A stretch of 64,000 nt of DNA from an uncultured Verrucomicrobiota bacterium (GTDB taxonomy: Bacteria; Verrucomicrobiota; Kiritimatiellia; CAIKKV01; CAYSLU01), in contig CAYSLU010000014.1 in assembly GCA_964431965.1 (NCBI GenBank), positions 3,700-67,699 on the forward strand, given 5' to 3'. Below the pieces are notes generated by a model. That model was not told the origin of the DNA. It worked only from the letters and a program-made list of their open reading frames with translations, and did not search any database. Made by a program: the position numbers and the translations under genes. Positions 60,181-64,000 of the stretch are shown here, piece by piece (position 1 is the stretch's first letter; the number at the start of each line of letters is the position of its first letter).

Positions 60181-61341
60181 TCAGGCGTGCGCGTCCAACC
60201 AGTCGTACAGCTCGCGCACCGTTCGCTCGAAGACGGGATAGCTGTACTTGTCGTTGGCTTCCGCCCGTGCCCGCTTCGCCAGCTCGGCCGCCTGTGTCGG
60301 GTTGTCCAGCAGCTCCCGAAGTCCGGAGGCGAATGCCTCCGGTGTCGGCGCGGCCAGCCGCGCGATGGCCGCGGTGAGCACCTGCGTGTGCGTGGGCAGG
60401 TTGGTGGCGACCACGGGCCGGTCGGACTGAAGATACGAGTATATCTTCATCGGCGTGTTGTTGCCCTTCACGCGGGGCGAGGCGAGCACGTCGGCCATGC
60501 GGAACAGCGACGGCATGGCCGAGACGGGGCGGGGGCCGGCGAAGCGGACGCGCGAGGCGATGCTGAGCGCGCCGGCCTGGGCGCGGTACCGCTCGATGTC
60601 CGCCGCCTTGCCGCCGACGATCACGAGTGTGGCGTCGGGGCGCGCGGCCGCGACGAGCGCGAAGCTGTCCAGCAGGAGCCCGACGCCCTGGTAGGGCTCG
60701 AGGTTGCCGATATACATCACGCACGGGCCGCGAACGTCCAGCTCGGTGCGCAGGTCGGCCCCGCCGTCCCCCCCGCCGTCCGGCGGCAGGAGCGAGACAT
60801 CGCGCAGCACCGTGATATGGCGTGCGCCGTGGTCGCGCGCGATGTCCGCCAGCGCATCGCATACCGGCACGACGGCGGCCGCCTGGCGGACGGCCGCCCG
60901 CTCGCAGGACCGGAACAGAGAAGCGAGCGGACGAAGGGCCGGCTGCTTCTCCACGAGCTGCTGCGGCATGGACGAGTCCATGTCGAACACATAGGGGATG
61001 CCGGTGCGGCGCCGGATCGCCATGGCGATGAACACGGACTCCTCGACCGCGTGGACGATGCGTGGCCGGCGCTCGCGGGCGAGCCGCAGGGCGGGCGCGA
61101 TCATCCGCAGGTCGCACAGCACCTTCTTCCACGAGAAGCCGGGCGGCACGTTGCGGACGCCGGCCGGCGGACGAATCCGGTGTATCGTCACGTTCGGGTG
61201 CGCGACATCGGTGCCTTCGTGGTAGGTGAGCAGATCGACGCGGTCGCCGCGCGCCGAAAGCGCGCGGAGCAGCAGGTTGACGGCGATCGGGGTGCCGCGT
61301 TCCTGGTAGAACGGGTGCGGAGCCAGCAGCAGGACGTTCAT
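60181..61341 (-). CDS. Family-4-type (GT-B) glycosyltransferase
   Basis: Start MNVLLLAPHPFYQERGTPIAV at 61341. C-terminal sugar-nucleotide-binding region (LVIVGGKAADIERYRAQAG...ADVLASPRVKGNNTPMKIYSYLQSDRPVVATN). Upstream of 61341 the track ORF is antisense to rlmI. Confidence 0.85.
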   Translation of the reverse strand: MNVLLLAPHPFYQERGTPIAVNLLLRALSARGDRVDLLTYHEGTDVAHPNVTIHRIRPPAGVRNVPPGFSWKKVLCDLRMIAPALRLARERRPRIVHAVEESVFIAMAIRRRTGIPYVFDMDSSMPQQLVEKQPALRPLASLFRSCERAAVRQAAAVVPVCDALADIARDHGARHITVLRDVSLLPPDGGGDGGADLRTELDVRGPCVMYIGNLEPYQGVGLLLDSFALVAAARPDATLVIVGGKAADIERYRAQAGALSIASRVRFAGPRPVSAMPSLFRMADVLASPRVKGNNTPMKIYSYLQSDRPVVATNLPTHTQVLTAAIARLAAPTPEAFASGLRELLDNPTQAAELAKRARAEANDKYSYPVFERTVRELYDWLDAHA

Positions 61342-61491
61342 GGGCAGTTCGGCCTCGGTTGCGCAGGATGATATCCGGCCCGTGGCGCCGGGAGACAGGA
61401 AAAACGCGCCGTGTTCCGGCTTGCATGCGGCCGGCGTTCGGCCTAGGTTGGCGCCGTCTCCCGCGTGAGGCGGGCAGGAGCCACTGGCATC

Positions 61492-62679
61492 GTGATCAGA
61501 ATCAAACTCAAGCGCGGGCATGACGGGGCGGCGACACACGGTCACCCCTGGGTGTTTTCGGGGGCGATCGGGGCGGTCGAAGGGGACGCCTCGGCGGGCG
61601 GCGCGGCGGACGTGTACTCGAGCGGCGGGCGCTGGATCGGCCGCGGGCTGATGCATCCCTCGGCCGCGCTGGCGGTCCGGATCTACACGCGGGTCGAGGG
61701 GCAGAGCCTCGACGCGGCATTCTTCGCCGGACGCGTTCGCGAGGCCCTGGCCGTCCGCGCAGACCTCTGCGGGCGGGACGGCGACACGGACGCGCTTCGG
61801 CTGGTGTTCGCGGAGGCCGACGGGCTGTCCGGGCTGATCGTTGACCGGTACGCCGATACGCTGGTCGTGCAGGTTGACGCTCGCGGGCTGCTCCCGTTCC
61901 TGGGCGGGATGATCGACGTGGCCGCCGAGTCGTCGGGCGCCACTCGAGTCGTCATGAGGGTGGATCCCGGGGCGGAGTCGCGCGAGGGAATCACGGCCGC
62001 GGATGCGGCGCCTTTCGCCCGGGGCGAGCCCGGGCGCGTGACGATCCGGGAGAGCGGGCTGAGCTTCCGGGTCGATCTGCCGGCCGGGCAGAAGACGGGC
62101 TTCTACCTCGACCAGCGGGAGAATCGGCGACGGGTCGCGCGGTACGCCGCGGGCCGGCGCGTGCTGAGCGCCTACTGCTACACCGGCGCGTTCGAGGTGC
62201 ATGCCGCCGCGGCCGGGGCGGCAGACATTATCGGCGTCGATAGCTCGGCTCCTGCCATCGAGTTGGCGGCGGAGCACCATCGCCTGAACGGATCGAGGGT
62301 CCCGGTCGAGTATCTGAACGCCGACGTGCCGACGGCGCTGCGCTCGTTCCGCGACGCGGGACGCGTTTTCGACCTGATCATTCTCGACCCGCCCCGGTTC
62401 GTAGCCACCCACTCCCAGCTGGAGAAGGGCCTGCGGGCCTACAAGGACGTGAACCTGCTGGCCATGAAGCTCCTGTCGCCCGGCGGCATCCTGGCGACCT
62501 TCTCGTGCTCGGGCCACGTGACGGCGGCGGAGCTCCGGAAAGTGCTGGGCTGGTCCTCGATGGACGCCGGGCGGACGGTGCGCATCGTCGAGACGCTGGG
62601 CCAGCCGGCGGACCATCCGATCCTCGCGGTGTTCCCCGAGAGCGAGTACCTGAAGGGCTTTGTCTGCCGAGTGGACTGA
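61492..62679 (+). CDS. rlmI: SAM-dependent 23S rRNA m5C methyltransferase, RlmI-like
   Basis: GTG at 61492 follows GGCAGGAG. PUA-like N-terminus (HPWVFSGAI). Methyltransferase motifs are present (GFYLDQRENR, VLSAYCYTGAF, DLIILDPPRF, GILATFSCS). Confidence 0.8.
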   Translation: MIRIKLKRGHDGAATHGHPWVFSGAIGAVEGDASAGGAADVYSSGGRWIGRGLMHPSAALAVRIYTRVEGQSLDAAFFAGRVREALAVRADLCGRDGDTDALRLVFAEADGLSGLIVDRYADTLVVQVDARGLLPFLGGMIDVAAESSGATRVVMRVDPGAESREGITAADAAPFARGEPGRVTIRESGLSFRVDLPAGQKTGFYLDQRENRRRVARYAAGRRVLSAYCYTGAFEVHAAAAGAADIIGVDSSAPAIELAAEHHRLNGSRVPVEYLNADVPTALRSFRDAGRVFDLIILDPPRFVATHSQLEKGLRAYKDVNLLAMKLLSPGGILATFSCSGHVTAAELRKVLGWSSMDAGRTVRIVETLGQPADHPILAVFPESEYLKGFVCRVD

Positions 62680-62698
62680 ATCCGGGCGGAGATGAGCC

Positions 62699-63154
62699 AT
62701 GCGCAGACGTCGGTACAACCGGGGGCGGTGGGCGGTGGAGCGGGAGCGGCACCACCTGGAGGCGGGAGTCCCGCCGGCGGCGGAAGACGCGCCCGCGATG
62801 GCCGAGATGGTGCCGGCTCTTCTGCGCCGCCTCCGGCTCGATGAGAACGCATGGGTGAACGACGTTCAGGTCGCCTGGCCGCAGATGGCCGGGCCGGGCG
62901 CGTGCAGTCACTCGCGCGTGGGGCGCTATCAGCAGGGCACGCTTACGGTGTTCGTGGACAGCTCGGTGTGGATGAGTGAGATCCAGCGGCAGCGGCCCCG
63001 CATCCTCGCCGCGCTTCAGCAGCGCTTTTCCCCGTCGCGCATCCGCGCGGTGCGCTACGAGCTGGATCCCGGGCAGGGGCCGGCCGAGGAGCGTGCCGCG
63101 AAGCAGCCGGCGGCGGGCGAGCGCGTCAGTTACCGACGCCCAAGTCCGGCATGA
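62699..63154 (+). CDS. DUF721 / DciA-like protein
   Basis: Pattern AWPQMAGPGACSHSRVGRYQQGTLTVFVDSSVWMSEIQRQRPRILAALQQRF, typical of DUF721. Confidence 0.7.
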   Translation: MRRRRYNRGRWAVERERHHLEAGVPPAAEDAPAMAEMVPALLRRLRLDENAWVNDVQVAWPQMAGPGACSHSRVGRYQQGTLTVFVDSSVWMSEIQRQRPRILAALQQRFSPSRIRAVRYELDPGQGPAEERAAKQPAAGERVSYRRPSPA

Positions 63155-64000
63155 TCTGAGCGGCGAGCGGCCGCAGATCGCTGTTGAGTGCAACGGCCTT
63201 GTCCGCGTATTCCCGGGCGGGCTTCGCCCCGCCGTGCTCGTAGCAGAACGCGGCGGCGGCCAGATTCATACGGGCCAGCTCCTTCCGGGGGAGGTCGCCC
63301 TCCGTCACGAAGTGGCGGATGAACCGCAGCATCTGGGCCGGCGGCACGTCGCTCCACGGGACGGATCGGCCCGCCAGCTTCACCGCCGTATCGTCGGCGC
63401 CCAGCACGTCGACAGCCGACGAGCCGGTGGCCCAGCCCCATCGGTATGGGCCTGCGGCCAGCTGCCGGACGATGGTGCCCTTCAGGTCCTGAAGCAGGAC
63501 CAGTCGGTTGGTGACGGCCTGGAGGTCTGCGCGCGCCTCGTCGGAGGCGGCGGATCCGGACGCCGACAGGATGGCGGCGATGGCCTCGCGGTACTGGTTG
63601 CTCTTGATCGCCGGCGCGCTCGCTTCGTAGGCCGCCTTCACGCGGGCCTGTTCCTCTGCTATCCGCTTCTTTCGTTCCGCGGACTCGCGCTCGGCCTTCG
63701 CCTTGTCGGCCGCTGCGCGGGCTGCTTCGGCCTTGGCGGCGCGCTCGCGCTCGGCCTGCGCGGCGTTGGCGGTCTGGGCTTCGCCCGCTTTCTGGGCCGC
63801 TTCTTCGGCCGCGGCGCCCGCTTCGCGGAGCGTGGCCACGTATCCTTCCAGGCGGGCGCCGTACGCCTGGAGATTGGTGGTGGCGGCTTCGATGTCCGCC
63901 AGGATCTGGGCGGCGTCCTTGGACGTCTTGGCGTAGCGGGCCGATTCGGCGCGCGATCGGGCCTCCTCAAGCACTTCGCGGATGGCGGATGTGCTGGCGC
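63126..64000 (-). CDS. Coiled-coil protein with a C-terminal helical-repeat domain, 5' end beyond the window
   Basis: The frame stays open to the window edge. The track start at 63974 is only a GTG inside an open frame. There is an Ala/Glu/Lys/Arg-rich coiled coil (AAKAEAARAAADKAKAERESAERKKRIAEEQARVKAAY), followed by a globular C-terminus. Confidence 0.6.
   Translation of the reverse strand, partial: ASTSAIREVLEEARSRAESARYAKTSKDAAQILADIEAATTNLQAYGARLEGYVATLREAGAAAEEAAQKAGEAQTANAAQAERERAAKAEAARAAADKAKAERESAERKKRIAEEQARVKAAYEASAPAIKSNQYREAIAAILSASGSAASDEARADLQAVTNRLVLLQDLKGTIVRQLAAGPYRWGWATGSSAVDVLGADDTAVKLAGRSVPWSDVPPAQMLRFIRHFVTEGDLPRKELARMNLAAAAFCYEHGGAKPAREYADKAVALNSDLRPLAAQIMPDLGVGN

Noticed and set aside
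61342-62718. Upstream extension of the glycosyltransferase ORF (the track lists 845 aa).
   Set aside because: The extension is antisense to the well-supported rlmI gene and is Arg/Pro-rich. The GT-B fold starts at MNVLLLAPHPFY (61341).
1-64000. A search by eye for CRISPR repeats, tRNA/tmRNA/rRNA genes, integrases, reverse transcriptases (DGR or retron), restriction-modification genes or other defence genes.
   Set aside because: I found no regularly spaced direct repeats, no T-arm or acceptor-like signatures in the few intergenic gaps, and no ORF with recombinase, RT, nuclease-helicase or methyltransferase defence motifs. The only methyltransferase is the housekeeping RlmI type.

Overview
This is a gene-dense, high-GC bacterial chromosomal segment. 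Hand counts of single lines give about 58-70% GC, with a few short AT-rich islands. I call 36 protein-coding genes. I found no rRNA, tRNA, CRISPR array or intact mobile element. Because of the GC bias, almost every real gene is shadowed by long Arg/Pro/Gly-rich antisense ORFs, which I reject.

In order, the window contains:
1. Positions 2-12658: a co-directional cluster of three very large TPR proteins, ExbB-ExbD-ExbD, a zinc-ribbon single-TM protein and a polytopic DUF4159 protein.
2. A DUF475/TerC-like membrane protein.
3. yjcH-actP (acetate symporter), converging on a metallophosphoesterase and a Cache-PAS-CBS-DUF294 nucleotidyltransferase.
4. A Rex operator, then rex-hydC-hydB-hydA (a trimeric NADH-linked, bifurcating-type [FeFe] hydrogenase), a sensory HydS-PAS hydrogenase and a PP2C phosphatase.
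5. A heterodimeric ABC exporter pair, a URO-D-like protein and a Gfo/Idh/MocA oxidoreductase.
6. A roughly 700-bp non-coding region, followed by a 381-aa secreted protein and a 4914-aa giant surface protein. The giant protein carries FN3, an FG-GAP propeller, at least 10 PKD domains, an alpha/alpha-toroid, cadherin-like and CARDB-like domains and an RHS/YD shell. It ends in a 281-aa glycine-rich hydrophobic C-terminal domain that I do not recognise, with no downstream immunity gene.
7. A putative outer-membrane barrel, a class II photolyase, a beta-propeller protein, a heparinase II/III-like protein, an MBL hydrolase, an SPL-like radical-SAM protein, a GT4 glycosyltransferase, RlmI, DciA/DUF721 and a truncated coiled-coil protein.

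The domain repertoire suggests a PVC-type (Kiritimatiellota/Verrucomicrobiota/Planctomycetota-like) fermentative organism, but that is only inference. The two best candidates for undescribed biology are the Sec-type giant adhesin-Rhs polymorphic toxin locus (35698-53004) and the TPR/ExbBD/zinc-ribbon/DUF4159 envelope cluster (2-12658).

All homology statements come from reading motifs by eye. No database search was run.
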